Assembly: GCF_964213995.1 (NCBI RefSeq)
Contig: NC_135810.1
Location: forward strand, 47,182,001 to 47,246,000
Length of the DNA stretch: 64,000 nt
Reading direction: 5' to 3'
Source of the DNA: Mustelus asterias
Lineage: Eukaryota
Under the pieces are notes generated by a model. The model searched no databases, was not told the origin of the DNA, and saw only the letters and a list, made by a program, of their open reading frames with translations. Position 1 is the stretch's first letter. Each line of letters opens with the position of its first letter. Below, in pieces: positions 11,144 through 25,133 of the stretch. The position numbers and the translations under genes were made by a program.

Positions 11144-11580
11144 ATTTTATTATTTCAATAAAGATAGCCCAGCAGCCAGTTATGCCTAAAGTCACAACTA
11201 ATCAGATTATCTTGGTCCTCTATCTCATTGCTATTAATGTAACTTTGCTGTGGGCAACTTGGCTGCCTTGTTTCCTATATCACAACAATAACTATATTTT
11301 AAGCCTTTTTTTTGCTTCTTTTCTCTTTATCCTTCCCGGACCAGTCTCTTCTACGGTCATGTCTCCTTTCATTTCTCTGCTCTTCACTGCTCTGCCCTCC
11401 CAGATCTCCAGCTCAGAACTTGAGTACTCTTCAACCTTGGTACTGTTCCCCCACCATCCTAGGCTTAACTCCCTTTTCAATAAGCCTAACGCCCACCCCC
11501 CTCTGTACCTCATCCAAAGGGCCCTTGAGGCCTTAGGTGCTGCCTCATTACAAGCAGCAACTCCAATGGCTCCATTTTGT

Positions 11581-11875
11581 GGCTCAGTAGTTAGCACTAC
11601 TGCCTCACAGCACCAGGGACCCGGGTTCGATTCCTGGCTTGGGTCATTGTCTGTGTGGAGTTTGCACATTCTTTCCGTGTCTGCATGGGTTTCCTCTGGA
11701 TGCTGCGGTTTCCTCCACAATCCAAAAGACATGTTGGTTAGGCGCATTGGTCATGCTAAAGTCTCCCTCAGTGTACCTGAACAGGTGTCAGAGTGTGGCG
11801 ACTAGGGGATTTTCACAGTATTTTCATTGCAGTGTTAATGTAAGCCTACTTGTAATTAATAAATAAATAAACTTT
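11581..11875 (+). mobile_element. HE1-like V-SINE, tail type B
   Basis: tRNA-like head with B box (gggttcgattcc), V-domain core, and tail ...gttaatgtaagcctacttgt(aata)n. Confidence 0.88.
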
Positions 11876-12414
11876 TTACTCTCCTGCCCAGCACACACAG
11901 CGAGAGCTAATTTTGCCAATTTATTTCCCAGCCAACTTATCCTTCCTACTGCAGATACTCTGCACTCTGCCAGTTCCCATCACCCCTTTCTGCATCTTCC
12001 TCCAGAATGTCTATTCACATGCGTACTAGGCCCGTACCGTTCATGAACTTATTGTGGATGATTTCATCAACATCTTGGCCTCGATAGAAACTGACTGCGG
12101 GTAATGACACCTTCCCCATAAATGAAGCTTCCCTGCCTGGCTGTACCTTTCATCACTTGTCCCAGCAATACCATCATGGTGGCAGTGTGGCTATTCAATC
12201 ACTCCTTTCCCTGAATGACTGTCTGTGCTGCTGCTGCAGGAGCCCTGAAAAGTCAGAGTGATAGTTTTTCCCCTGGCAATTTTTCTTCTGCTCGCTGGCC
12301 TGCGCCCATTCCCTTACTTCATACTGGTGTACGTGAGAATACTGACAATAAGGTCAGTAGGATATAGAGACAATTTACTGAAATGTAACCATAGAATTAG
12401 GATTTGATTTATGT

Positions 12415-12970
12415 ATGGAGACTAGAGAAGCTGGGATTGTTCTTTCTAAAGCATTAAGTTGTGGCAAGAGTTAATAAAGTTGCTCAAAATTTATGAAGAG
12501 TTTTAATGCAATAACTAAGAAGAAACTGTTTCCTCTGGCAAGAAGGTTGATTAACCAAACGTTACCGATTTTGGGTGGAATTTTCCTGTCCCACCCGCTA
12601 CGGGAATCAAAGCAGGTGGGACACGGACCATGCAAAGGTCTGTTGACCTCAGATGGAATTTTCCAACCTTGGGACAAGTGCAGGTGGAAAATCCCACCCT
12701 TAACATATTTGGCAAAAAAAAACAGTTTGAGATGAGAATTCTTTTGTCCATAGTAAGTTGTTATGATCTGGAATGAGCTTCTTGAAGGTGAAAGTAGATT
12801 TAATAATAACTTTCAAAAGGGAATTAGAAAAAATACTTGAAATGGAAAAAAAAACTTGCAGGCTATGTTGACTGAAGAGGAAAATGGGGACTAACTGGAT
12901 AGTTATTTCTTGGAGCTAGCATAGGAATGATGACATCAATAGTCTCCATTTGAGTTGTATGATTGTATAA
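12415..12970 (+). mobile_element. Old CR1 3' fragment with a 128-bp MITE inserted at 12573-12699
   Basis: Degenerate CR1 3' sequence (...gaaactgtttcctctggcaagaagg...). MITE TIRs gggtggaattttcc and ggaaaatcccaccc. Confidence 0.6.
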
Positions 12971-15900
12971 TTCTAGCATTTTCACCACTGGGAGAAACAG
13001 AAGGGACCTTGATCTTGTCCATTCAAACTCACTTTCCAGCAGAGGTCACAGGGTGGTCAGATACAGAAAACCCGCTGACATGTTTGTCACATTGTCATAT
13101 TGATTTCAAAAGAAAATCATTATAGAATAGATTGTACTTGTCTCATGATCTCACGATACAATAAAAAGCTTTGGAGATCCACTCATACTTTGACATGTAG
13201 AACAGAGACTCATTGAACCACCATTGTACAGCTGGTTTATTTTTCAACCAATTCGATATAGCATCAACCCTCTCGAGCAAGCCTTATGTCTGGCTGTCCA
13301 AAAATATTGGGCAAAGTATGGCAGCTATTTCTGCCTGTTCAAACCTATCTAGGATTTAACAAGTCTGACATGGCGTGCAAATTTATGTGGCAGATTGATT
13401 TAATTATCTCAGGTTGCAGGATGTTCATGACCTTTCGAGTTTATACTCTAACGGATGCAGTTGCCTACTTTACATTACGGGGAAAAAAATTATTGTTTTT
13501 AGTCGAGGGTGCTTCCAGGACGACTATTTTTCCTTTTATGCACAAAATCAAACAGTAATTTATTCAAGGTACAGGTGCAAAATTATAGCATTAAAACGCA
13601 AGCATTCAAACATGGTTCAGGGGGTTTGTTTGATGTATGCAAAACTGTTTCAGCTAAAGAACAAGGAAATGTAGAAACCATAAATTTATAATTAGTGACG
13701 TCACCTTGAAGCCAAATCGCTAACTTTAGTAATAGACCGCAATGTGCATTTACCCATAAATTAGCATTTCATTCTCTAACCTTGCAGTGTAACTAGCAGA
13801 GCTGTGCTTGAATGCTGTAATTCACATGCACTACAGCTGGCAAGGTATTATCCAAATCCCAAAGGTACTCGACTGAATTGATGAAATGACCTGCAAGGCC
13901 TAATTAAAGCTGTTCAGTTCAAATATATTGATGTATTACATCTATTATGCCGTGGTTCAATAGGCCTGCCCTGTGTGCACTGCCACAGCCTGTAAAGCAA
14001 ACTAAACAGAGTGAATAAATAATGCTGAAAGGTTGCAGAGGAGGGTAGTGGGGTGGTGAGGGAAGGGAGGTGAGGTTGGGGAGGAGGGGGTAGTATCTTA
14101 AAATATGTGACACAAAGCCTTGTATACTATTGCAAAAAAAACTATCTTCCATGTAACAATCATTCCACTTCACATAAAATCATCCAATAGCTGATAGTTC
14201 GCAATTGCAGCTTTTTTTTGTGCCTTCAATTTGGCCAATCAAAATCAAATTTCTTGATAATGCGCTTCTATCAGATAAAATGCTGGTATATAATTAGAAA
14301 CATTAGTCTTACTCATTCTTTGTGCGTTTTGAATAATGCATGGAGGTTGCAGGATTACATTTTTTAAAGCTGCAATGTTTCTTCCTGAAGGTCTACCTTG
14401 ATGGCTCCTGTCAAAAAAAAATCAATTTAAAACACTGAATCTTCATTGATATGTTCCAGATCTAACAAAAGTTCCTGGCGGTATTTTAAGGAGAAAAATG
14501 CCTTCACAGTACTCTGAGAAAGGACAAAAAAAGAAACCCAATATTGCACAGCTGACACTTCCATCATCTACAGGCACGAGTGCCTTAAATTTAAAGGAGA
14601 TGAGATGGCTTTGGTGAGGTTTCCATGGGGAATGTTTGATACGGTGGGAATTGGACTGTGTAGGTCAGCATATTGCAAGCTTCCAAAGTTTGAGACATCT
14701 CATGATCTATTGTGAGTGACAGAAATGTCTAATCTAACCTGTTTACAGCAATAAATGATACCTCTAGTCAATCTTGGCAGATGAGAGATATTAAGAACTT
14801 ATTTTGATGCCCTGTGTCATTTTTCAGTGGTTGACATCACAGGGACAGAGTTGCACTTCAGCTGGGAATAAGACATTCATGGGGGTGGGGAGAAGGCAAT
14901 AATATAACATTTTCCTGGCGCATGACTCACTGAAGACTTTAACGTTATTAATATTCTGCTGCATGGATAGATTATTAAAAGCTAACTTGTCTTGCTGTTT
15001 TTTTTTAAATGCATAGTAAGAAGCCAGAAAATATCCATTTCTACATTCAATGTGTGCACCTAATTTATACATTGCAATACACCAAGTGTGCGAGATATGG
15101 AAAATTTCTCACCTAAAAGTTGTCCACGGACTTGAAGCATTTCCAAGAGACTGACACCAATTTATTTTCTTTGCCATTTTCAGTGTAAGCTAACAAGTTC
15201 TGGGTGTATTTAAAAATTCAAGTGTCTTGTGATGAAATTGGATTTTCCAAGGCTGTGCTATCAGCAGATTTACTAGACAACAGGTACGTGTGGAAAATAT
15301 CTGCCATTCACCTATCCCTTAGCAATTACTCTTCACGATAGGTGCAGGACACAGGAAATTAATAAATCCCTGTGAAACCAATAAACTCCTTGTCATTGAA
15401 CTCCATGTGAACTTTATTTTTATATTTTTCAAGACAGTGACAGTCACTGAATGCAGTCACTCCAGTCTCTAAACTGTGATCAATATCTAGTCTGTGAATT
15501 TTAAAATAAACAAGCAGTTAGAAAGGCCAAAGTACTGCCATAAATGTTTTACCTTAAAGAATGTGAAAATCACTATTAGTTAATGGCTTAATAGCTGACA
15601 ATTCTATTCTCAAGTAATAGTTGCAATTAGTAAAGAGTGGCAGTGACAGCAAGAGAAAGATGTAATCAGTGAGAGGACTGAATTTACACCCCGCTTTGGG
15701 GGAGGAGAAGTGGGGGGGGGGGGGGGGGGCGGTGTATTGCCAGGCAGATATGGGGTGTGAAATTGGGCACATGCCATGAGCATCAGTCCCAGCGCCTACC
15801 TGCCCTCTCCTGCCTCACCACACTTTAACACGTGGTAGGGGAAGCCTAAGGCTCGCCATGGACCAATTAACATCCTTAAGTGGCCAACTAATAGCCATTT

Positions 15901-16615
15901 AAAGGCCTCTTCCCAACTCTGCTGCAATTTTCCCCACAGTGGGCGGAAGCTGGTACCGAGTGTGAAGTTCAGCAGGCTTCACTGATCTAGCTGGTTGCGG
16001 TTAATGCAGGAGTGCTTCCTTTACTGTCCCCCTGGGCCCAGCAAAGGTGACCCCAAGGTCCAATCTCCCCATGTTTCTCTTCTGCCCCCTGGCCTGCTAA
16101 CCATGGACCCCCACCGTCCTCTTTCTGGGGCCTGCCAGCATAGCCCCAGTGATATCCCACTTTTTACCACAGTGTCTTCTCCAGCAAAAATGTTGGGGAC
16201 AGAATGCAGTCCCAGCAGTGGCCACTGCTCCACATGGTGCTGCTGGGACCAGGGCACTGCCATCCATTAGAAGACCCACCAGGAGACACTTAAATTGTGG
16301 CAGGTGACGCCAGAAGAAGGGTTTGGACTTGCCCCTGAAATTCCCACTGGAACGGAGGCATCCTTGGTTTGGTATTGAATATCATCAAGGAAATCATAAA
16401 CTACAGATAAAGAGAGGGAACAGCAGACATAGGCAGTCACAGAGGAAAGAATGTTAGCTTGAGTAAGTAATGGCATTGAGTATTGGGTTGAATGGGCAAA
16501 CATTCTATGTACATTGGAAAGCCGGTGCTAAAAAATCCACTTCCATGTTTTGCTAAATTGGGGCAAGGAACCTAATTCCAGGAATGGGTTGGCATTTTAA
16601 CTATATTATCAGGAC

Positions 16616-16820
16616 TGTTGAGGTAGTGGAAGTAGCAAAGCTATTTGGATACATGATGGGATGTCATGCAATCACCCATGTGGTGGTGCCATGCTGTCCA
16701 GCTCAGAGCACGTGTTACAGCAATCTCTCAATAAAGCACCAACTACAACATCTACACTGACTCTTCCACTGAGTATGTATTAATACAAGCACAGAGAGTA
16801 CAACATGGTGGCAGTGATGG
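16616..16820 (+). mobile_element. 5' LTR (16616-16805) and PBS of an old Gypsy element
   Basis: TGTTG...CAACA termini, AATAAA at about 16730, immediately followed by TGGTGGCAG (PBS-like). Confidence 0.65.
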
Positions 16821-16909
16821 TAGATCTGGAGCTTAAGAAGAAACAGGAAGTTGGTGGCACAATCCAATCATATTTCTCCAGATGTGAGTAACAAAAAAAA
16901 GAAGCAAGC

Positions 16910-17155
16910 TGAATGCACTCTGCCTGTCCACTATCGACAAGGCTCAAGTCAGGAATGTGATGGAATACTCTCTACTTGCCTGGATGAGTGCAGCTCCAAC
17001 AAAACTCAAGAAGCCTCAAGAGCATCCAGGACAAAGCAGCCTGCTTCATCAACACCCCATTCACCACCTTAAACGTTCACTCTCTACACCACCAATGAAC
17101 AGTGGCAATAGAGTGTACCATCTACAAGACGTGCTGCAATAACTCACCAAGGTGA
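16910..17155 (+). mobile_element. Non-LTR retrotransposon fragment (RT C-terminal region)
   Basis: Translation ..VMEYSLLAWMSAAPTKLKK.. resembles the LINE 'R..LEY....W' motif. Confidence 0.55.
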
Positions 17156-17229
17156 GGACAAAGGGAGAAGACAGAACAGATATCAGTTCAGCAGTAGATG
17201 CATGCTACCAGAGGCAAAGGCAGCACATA

Positions 17230-17460
17230 AAATCCATACAGTGCAGAAGGAGGCCATTCAGCCCATCAAGCCTGCACTGACAACAATCCCTTAACCCCAT
17301 GTATTTATCCTGCTAGTTCCCCTGACACGAAGGGGCAATTTGACATGACCAATTAGCCTAACCCACACATCTTTTGGACTGTGGGAGGAAACCAGAGCAC
17401 TGGAGGAAACCCATGCAGACACGGGGCGAATGTGCAAACTCCCCACAGACAGTCACCCAA
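17230..17460 (-). mobile_element. HE1-like SINE, 3' part (5' part at 19240-19312; split by a CR1)
   Basis: The SINE consensus breaks at ...cagtcacccaa| and resumes at ggccggaattgaatc...cactgtgccacc after the CR1. Confidence 0.85.
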
Positions 17461-19236
17461 GAACATAAGAACATAAGAACTAGGAGCAGGAGTTGGCCAT
17501 CTGGCCCCTTGAGCCTGCTCCGCCATTCAATAAGATCATGGCTGATCTTTTTGTGGACTCAGCTCCACTTACCCACCCGCTCACCACAACCCTTAATTCC
17601 TTTACTGTTCAAAAATGTATCTATCCTTGCCTTAAAAACATTCAATGAGGTAGCCTCAACTGCTCCACTGGGCAGGAAATTCCACAGATTCACAACATTT
17701 TGTGTGAAGAAGTTCCTCCTCAACTCAGTCCTAAATCTGCTTCCCCTTATTTTGAGGCTATGCCCCCTAGTTCTAGTTCCACCCACCAGTGGAAACAACT
17801 TCCCAGCTTCTATCTTATCTATTCCCTTCATAATCTTATATGTTTCTATAAGATCTCCCCTCATTCTTCGAAATTCCAATGAGTATAACCCCAGTCTACT
17901 CAGTCTCTCCTCATAAGCCAACCCTCTCAATTCCAGAATCAACCTCGTGAATCTCCTCTGCACCCCCTCCAGTGCCAGTATATTCTTTCTCAAGGAAGGA
18001 GACCAAAACTGTACACAGTACTCCAGGTGTGGCCTCACCAGCACCTTATACAGCTGCAACATAACCTCGCTGTTTTTAAACTCCATCCCTCTAGCAATGA
18101 AGGACAAAATTCCATTTGCCTTCTTAATTACCTGCTGAACCTACAAACGAACTACTTGAGATTCCTGCACAAGGACACCCAGGTCCCTCTGCACAGCAAC
18201 ATGCTGCAATTTTTTACCATTTAAATAAGAGTCCATTTTGCTGTTATTCCTACCAAAATGGATGACCTCACATTTACCAACATTGTACTCCATCTGCCAG
18301 ACCCTCGCCCACTCAGTTAGACTATCTATATCCCTTTGCAGACTTTCAGCGTCCTCTGCACACTTTGCACTTCCACCCATCTTAGTGTCATCTGCGAATT
18401 TTGACACACTACACTTGGTCCCCAACTCCAAATCATCCATGTCAATCGTAAACAATTGCGGTCCCAACACTGATCCCTGAGGCAGACCACTAGTCACTGA
18501 TCGCCAACCAGAAAAACACTCATTTACCCCCACTCTTTGCTTTCTGTTAGTTAACCAATCCTCTATCCATCTAATACATTACCCGTAACAATGTGCACCT
18601 TTATCTTATGTAACAGTCTTTGGCATGGAACCTTGTCAAATGCCTTCGGGAAATCCAGATACACCACATTCACAGGTTCCCCATTGTCCACTGCGCTTCA
18701 TGAATCCATGCTGCCTCTTACCAATGGGACAATTTATATCCAGATGTTTCGCTATCTCTTCCTTGATGATAGATTCAAGCATTTTCCCTATTGCAGAAGT
18801 TAAGCTAACCGGCCTATAGTTAACTGCCTTTTGTCTACCTCCTTTTTTAAACAATGGCATCACATTTGCTGTTTTCCAATCTGCGGGAACCACCCCAGAG
18901 TCCAGCGAATTTTGGTAAATTACCACTAGTGCATTTGCTATTTTTCCCACCATCTCCTTTAGTACCTAGGATGCATTCCATCAGGACCAGGAGACTTGTC
19001 TACCTTTAGCCCCATTAACTTGCCCAACACTATCTCTTTCATGATAATGATAGTTTCTAGGTTCTCACCTGCCATAGCCTTCCTGTCATCAATTTTTGGC
19101 ATGTTGTTTGTGTCTTCACTGTGAAGACTGACACAAAATACCTGTTCAATGCCGCAGCCATTTTCTCATTTCCAGTTATTACATCTCCCTTCTCGTCCTC
19201 TAAAGGACCAATGTTTACCTTAGCCACTCTTCTTCG
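17461..19236 (-). mobile_element. 5'-truncated CR1 LINE with frameshifts
   Basis: Minus-strand ORFs contain VPADWKTANV, NYRPVSLTS, GLPQGSVLGP, KFADDTK and RPHLEYCVQFWSP. Tail is (ttcttatg)n. Confidence 0.95.
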
Positions 19237-19299
19237 TGGAAGGCCGGAATTGAATCTGGCTTCCTGGCACTGTGAGGCAGCAGTGCTAACCACTGTGCC

Positions 19300-21520
19300 A
19301 CCGCACCACCCTGGCAGATGGAACTCCTCTTGGCACTGCCAGAAATATCAACTCATCCCCGAAATGAGCAAACATCAGACTAGAGCAGAAGAGACAGATG
19401 GAGATGAATAAATGACACACTGTGAGCAACTATTCCATATAATCAGTCTGGCTGAACAGGTTGACTCCGTAGCAAAGACAGAAGCCTTCACAATGTTGGA
19501 GCGATCATGTCCAAGCAAAACTGAAAAGCAACATAGTAGAGAGTGGTATACACTTCTACTGACGAGTCTCGAGCATACGTACAGGGTGAAATGGATGTTG
19601 GTAATCCAGCCTAGCACTGAAATACTTACAAAGGCTCTCCAATACACTGCTTCAGTGTCTTGACCTTGAAATATATACAAAAGCTCCCTTGATCAACACA
19701 AACATCTTTTGTCATGGATTTTTCAGCACCTGCAGTAGCAGGGTTGCCAGCATGCGACAACTTCAGTATTGTCATGATCTACAAGCTGAGCCAATTGAAG
19801 GATGAGTTGAAAATCCTGAAGAGGTGACCCCACAAAGTGGCAACCCTGAAAGAACTCAACTCAATGTTTTCGGGAACCGGGCATTTTTCCAGGTTTGAGC
19901 CAAGATTGGTTAGTGTAACTATCAGAGAAATCACAAGAGCTAACAACTTTCAGATTACATCTTGATAGACATTGCTTTCTGGGTCTACCTTTTGGACTCT
20001 CAGTCAGCCAAGACCTTTTCTAGCAACACATAAACTGAATAGCAGAACGCGTTCCAGGTTGCACGTGCGTCACAGATGACATTGCGGTGGCAGGACACAG
20101 AGAAGAGGAAAATGATAGAGACCTCCACATGTTGTTAGGGACCGCCAGTCATGAAGGTTTAATTTTCAATAGCAAGAAATATTCCATCAAGACAGAGCAC
20201 ATCAATTTCTTCAGGTCTTTCTATTCCAACATGGATATTCGCCCAGATCCAAGTCAAATTGAAGACATTCACTCCACTCCTTCACCAAAAGATAAAGATG
20301 ACCCACAGAGATGTTTAGGATTATTCAATTTCCTGGTAACATACATCTCAAATTTCTCAGACAGGACATCTAAAGTTTTGAAGAAAGCATCTGGCAAGGT
20401 AAGCATTAGCACGCATTTAATGCACTAAACCAGATACTGTCAGCAAAACTGTGCCTACAGTACTGTGACCCACAGAAAATAACGATGTTGAAGGTAGTTG
20501 CCTCACAGAAAGCCTTGGAGTGTGGTTCCTGCAGGACGACAGACCAACAGCATTTAAACATGAGACCCTGGCACGTGTTTTCGGAATCAACCGATTCCTC
20601 ACCCACAGTGGCACAGTGGTTCGCACTGCTATCTCACAGCGCCAGGGACCTGGGTTCAATTCCCGGCTTGGGTCACTGTCTGTGTGGAGCCTGCACGTTC
20701 TCTCCCTGTCTGCATGGGTTTTCTCTGGGTGCTCTGGTTTCTTCCCACAGTACAAAAGACGTGCTGGTTAGGTGCATTGGCCATGCATCTCCCTCAGTGT
20801 ACCCGAAAAAGCGCCGGGTGTGGTGACTACTAAGTTCACTAATGTAAGCATACTTGTGACATTAATAAATAAACTTAATAAACATAAACTATCTGTCGGG
20901 TATGGAATTCACAATCGCTACGGGCTACAAGCCTCTAGAAATAATTTGGAGGAAGCTGCTTATCAGTGTACCATCTTCCCTCCAGAGAATGTGAATAAAG
21001 ATCAAAGGTTACAGTTCCAAGGTCAGGTACAAACCTGGCAAACAAATGGTTTTGTCAGATGCTCTGAGCAAACTGACTAACCCTTGACAGACACGAGATT
21101 CCAGGTTGACATGGATGTAGCTGCTATCTAGAATATTCACATGAGGTGTTTTGTTGCAAACGTAAAGAACTCACGAGAGACACTTCCCAAGACCTGGTAC
21201 TCAGAACCCTGTGGCTGACCATTGTCAGTGATTGGCCAGAAACCATCAAGGAAGTATACACGGATCTGAGGACATAGTTTGGTTCGAGATTAACATATTG
21301 AACGGCTGCAAGGTATTGATTCCAGCAATACTTCACTCAGCTTCTCCAGGGCCATATAAGAATTGAGAATGTGAGATGCCATGATCATAAATCAGTTTTC
21401 TGGTCTGGAATTAGTAATGTTATCGACCAGCTTGTAACAGCCAAGAACATCAAACCAAACAACAGAAGGAGCCACTCCAACCACACAGAGCAAGATAAAC
21501 TCATGATAAGCATGCCCGTG
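19300..21520 (+). pseudogene. Degenerate Gypsy gag/pol remnants, interrupted by a SINE at 20606-20885
   Basis: DDIAVAG...DRDLHMLL...GLIFNSKK...FF (RT core) and PKDKDD.QRCLGLFNFL (connection domain), plus later RNaseH-like pieces. Many stops and frameshifts. Confidence 0.7.
20606..20885 (+). mobile_element. HE1-like V-SINE, tail type B
   Basis: Same head and core as other copies, tail ...aatgtaagcatacttgtgacattaataaataaac. Confidence 0.88.
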
Positions 21521-22506
21521 TAGAACTACATCCACTGCATGAGTGTCTTGCACACACAGGAAGAAATGAGGACCATGACCGAAGTGCCAAAGGTTTGCAG
21601 GTAACCATTATTCTAAAATGTGAATTAAAGTGAGAAGTAATAGGCCTCACCTCAGAGAAATCTCCTTTGGCCATGCACCAGACAATCCAACAGCATTGTC
21701 CATGTGCAAACATGTGCACTCTGGTACTTATCCTTTCATTGGCAAGCAGAGGAAATTAAGACCTGAAGACAACCATTCTAAACCAAAATTTAGGCCAAAG
21801 AAACAGATAGCTCAAAACCACAGCCACACATAGCTATTACCACATCTGTTAGCAGCCAGCACATTTTAACAAATACGAAATGTAGTTTGCACCTTGGAGA
21901 ATCATCCTTTTAAATTCTGTTGTAATAGGTTGTAACATTTCATGTTAAATAATGTTTAAAAGTTTCTTAAAGTACGGACTTGTTACAGTGATAGCTATAG
22001 ACCTTAAGTGCTACTAATGTAGGAGAATGTGTTAAAGTAAGAGGAGTTGTTTGATAAGATATGAATTTGCAAATAATATATACCGTAATACTACACTAAC
22101 AGTATCTAACCTTGATACCATTTTCCTCTCCCATAAGAAATACCTATTTATGCAGATTTAAACTGCATTGATCCTCTATATTCAAGGGAACTGAATATGT
22201 TGTGATGGTGGAGGTAAGCAAAGTGAATTGAATACCTATTTACCCTATTTTTCATGACAGGAGATGGTGTAATGACACTTGTGGTGTTATTGTGACATCC
22301 AGCTATGATCACATGTAAGAACAATCTCTTAATAAAACACCAAATCCAACATTTCTGCTGACTCTTTGACTGAATTGCACAAATAATACTATACAAACCT
22401 CAGTTTGCAGCTTTAATTGGTCTGTCAGATCTTCCAGACCCCCGTCCAGCCTCCAACCCAGGGATTGGAGCTCCACCTACCTGGTTCTGTGACCTCCTCC
22501 AGATCA

Positions 22507-22706
22507 NNNNNNNNNNNNNNNNNNNNNNNNNNNNNNNNNNNNNNNNNNNNNNNNNNNNNNNNNNNNNNNNNNNNNNNNNNNNNNNNNNNNNNNNNNNNNN
22601 NNNNNNNNNNNNNNNNNNNNNNNNNNNNNNNNNNNNNNNNNNNNNNNNNNNNNNNNNNNNNNNNNNNNNNNNNNNNNNNNNNNNNNNNNNNNNNNNNNNN
22701 NNNNNN
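22507..22706. other. Assembly gap of 200 N
   Basis: Run of Ns. Sequence on either side is not proven contiguous. Confidence 1.
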
Positions 22707-23419
22707 CAATTAGCTCAAAACTTTCAGACTAAAACTAGATTATCTAACAGACGTGTTTTACTGGTACGCATCCACACAGTGGGTTCATACTACGCTCTGA
22801 CTGCAGCGAGGTCGGAGAGTTTGGCGCACAGCCAAATCTCTGTACACTGCAGCAGGATAGAAAAATCCCACAGGCATGAACGGTCGTAAGGTTCCGGCCA
22901 GTGTTTGTCTCCAGCCTTTCACAATAATACCCATAGCATACACGTTCTTTTTCAATTAAATTGAGTTTATCGTATCCATGTGCTCCAAGATGCATTTGAA
23001 TTCAATGTTACAACTGATAGCACTATTTCACAAATTGTTCAGAGGGCACATTCACTCATATTTACTTTTGCTAAATACAAGTGACCCCGTCAAAGAGGGA
23101 AAAGTTCAATAAAGCTCTTCCAACGTCATTGAGGTCTCGCAGTGATGCAGACAGTGCAGGGAATTAGTGCTGTCTGCTCATCTCCATGCTTCTGGCATGC
23201 AGCTTGGAGCTGATGCTACTCTGAGTAGCTGCACTCTCAGCACGGGGCCCAGGTCCGTGCAAGGTTAGCACAAATTAAAACTAACCTGGACTTCTTCAAA
23301 CCAGACTGCATATTTTAAAAAACTGCAGCAGCTGCTGGAAGTGGCTGAGAATGGCTTTCTGAGCAGAATGAAACCAGAACAATAAAGCAGCAACACCCTT
23401 CCCTTTAACATAATTAAAC

Positions 23420-24920
23420 CTCCCAAGACAGACAAGATAGAGGGTTCCGAGTTACTCAGATGCAGCTCCGGAGGCATCGGTAGAAAGAAACTCAGGAGAG
23501 AGCTCATCTTTCCACAGGAGGTCTACCACACAGTCACTGCAAAAACAAATGGGAGCAGATAGCTACAGAGGCCCAGGCCAGAAATCTGGCCCCATCACCC
23601 CGATGCAGTGCCCAAACATGTGTCATAGCCTCACGCGAATAGTCATGGTAAATGAAGTTTCAAATGCCATCTCCTGCCAGCTACACCACGCTGCTCAATG
23701 TACAACACCCCCATCGCTCATCTGTCAGCAATCTTTAGCAGTCAGGACTCATGCCTAACATTGATATACTGCACCACACCCTCACACATCTACCACTGCT
23801 GCAAACCTCACACTCACATCTTCCATAAAAAATTCAGCTATGACGGGCACATTGCAGCACACTCACTGACAATCTTCCCTCTCTCCTGTAGGATAACACA
23901 GAACATAACTGCAGAGGGCAATCAAGGTTTGGCCAAGGATGGGCCTGGCTGCATTTCCTCAGGCCATTCAAGGAGATGGTCCTCAGCACTCAGTCCAGGA
24001 GGCGTGATAGCTAGAATCCCTGAGACAACTGAGGAACACAGTGGGGGGGATTTTCCCCGTCCCGCCTGCCACTGGGCTCGAAGCAGGCGGGGGTCAGACC
24101 TTGCAAAGGCCCATTGACCTCAGGCGGAATTTTCCGGTTTTGGGGAGGGTGTGGCTGGAAAATCCCACCCTGTGTGTCCTTAACTTATGCATCTTTTCAA
24201 ATCTTACTTCACCCTCATTCCATAGCTTGGTATGAGATCCAACTTACAGATGCTGTAACTAGGCACCACTTTCTTTCCACTCACCTCCCTTCCTTCACAC
24301 TCACCACCCCTTTTACATTGATGCTTTCAGACACCATGAACTGTTACCTGGCCGACCTGTAGACCCTGAGGATGAGGTCCACAAGAAGAGAAAACCTCTG
24401 AGACAGAGTCACCATCACTTAGATCCTGGCACCATGCTTAACTTGGAGGGAAGTAAATGTGAGTCACTGGTCACAAATGCACTGAAACAAAGACAATGGG
24501 AAAAGGATAATGCATGTGGCAGTTCTCTGGAAGGTGAGGTTGTAGGCGAGGGCACCATTGAGGACTTGGATGAGACAACGTACAGGATAAAAGTTTGATG
24601 GGCATGCACAAAGAAATGTTTGGCACATTAGTAGACTTGTGAAAGAGATTGGTATCACTGTCAATGAGCATGAAGGAACTTGGCACAGCGTTTCATGTAG
24701 AACTTGGCACCCATCCTTTCCTGCGTGAGAGTGGTCAATTCCAAAGCACCACTTGCAGAGCAAGCCATGCTGCAGCTTCTGGTGGCCAGTGTCTTAGTTT
24801 CTGAGTGTTGCGGTGGAACCTCAGCCTGACTAAGGTCATGAGATCTCGAGTTATTGCAGCCAAAAAGGTGACTTGAGTGTGGGAGGATTGTGGTGCAGAG
24901 CACACCTGAGCGACCGACAT
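23420..24920 (+). pseudogene. PIF/Harbinger Myb/SANT-like gene remnant, with MITE insert at 24043-24170
   Basis: Fragments RVPSYSDAA.., ..WEQIATE..ARN..MQC..MCHSLTRIVM followed by a GT intron and a ctctcctgtAG acceptor. This fits the Myb-like ORF layout of Harbinger elements. Confidence 0.5.
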
Positions 24921-25133
24921 GGATCACTCCATTATTCTCACCATTGTGGCACTTTGAAATTTTTTGGGAGAATTCCATCCAGCGTCTCCATGGTGTTATT
25001 TTCCTATCTTCAACCTGAGTGTAGAACAGTGTGTGCTTGACATCTTTATTTTACAAAAAATGTGTTCACCTCTTGCAGGTGGATGTGCAGCTTCAGAGTA
25101 GGATGAGGACAGTATTGCCAATGACTTTCGGAA

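Noticed and set aside
10840-11805. 321-aa ORF
   Set aside because: Reads through a DeuSINE remnant, a MITE with poly-G and a SINE, so it is a chance composite.
22417-22713. ORFs spanning X residues
   Set aside because: Artefact of the N gap.
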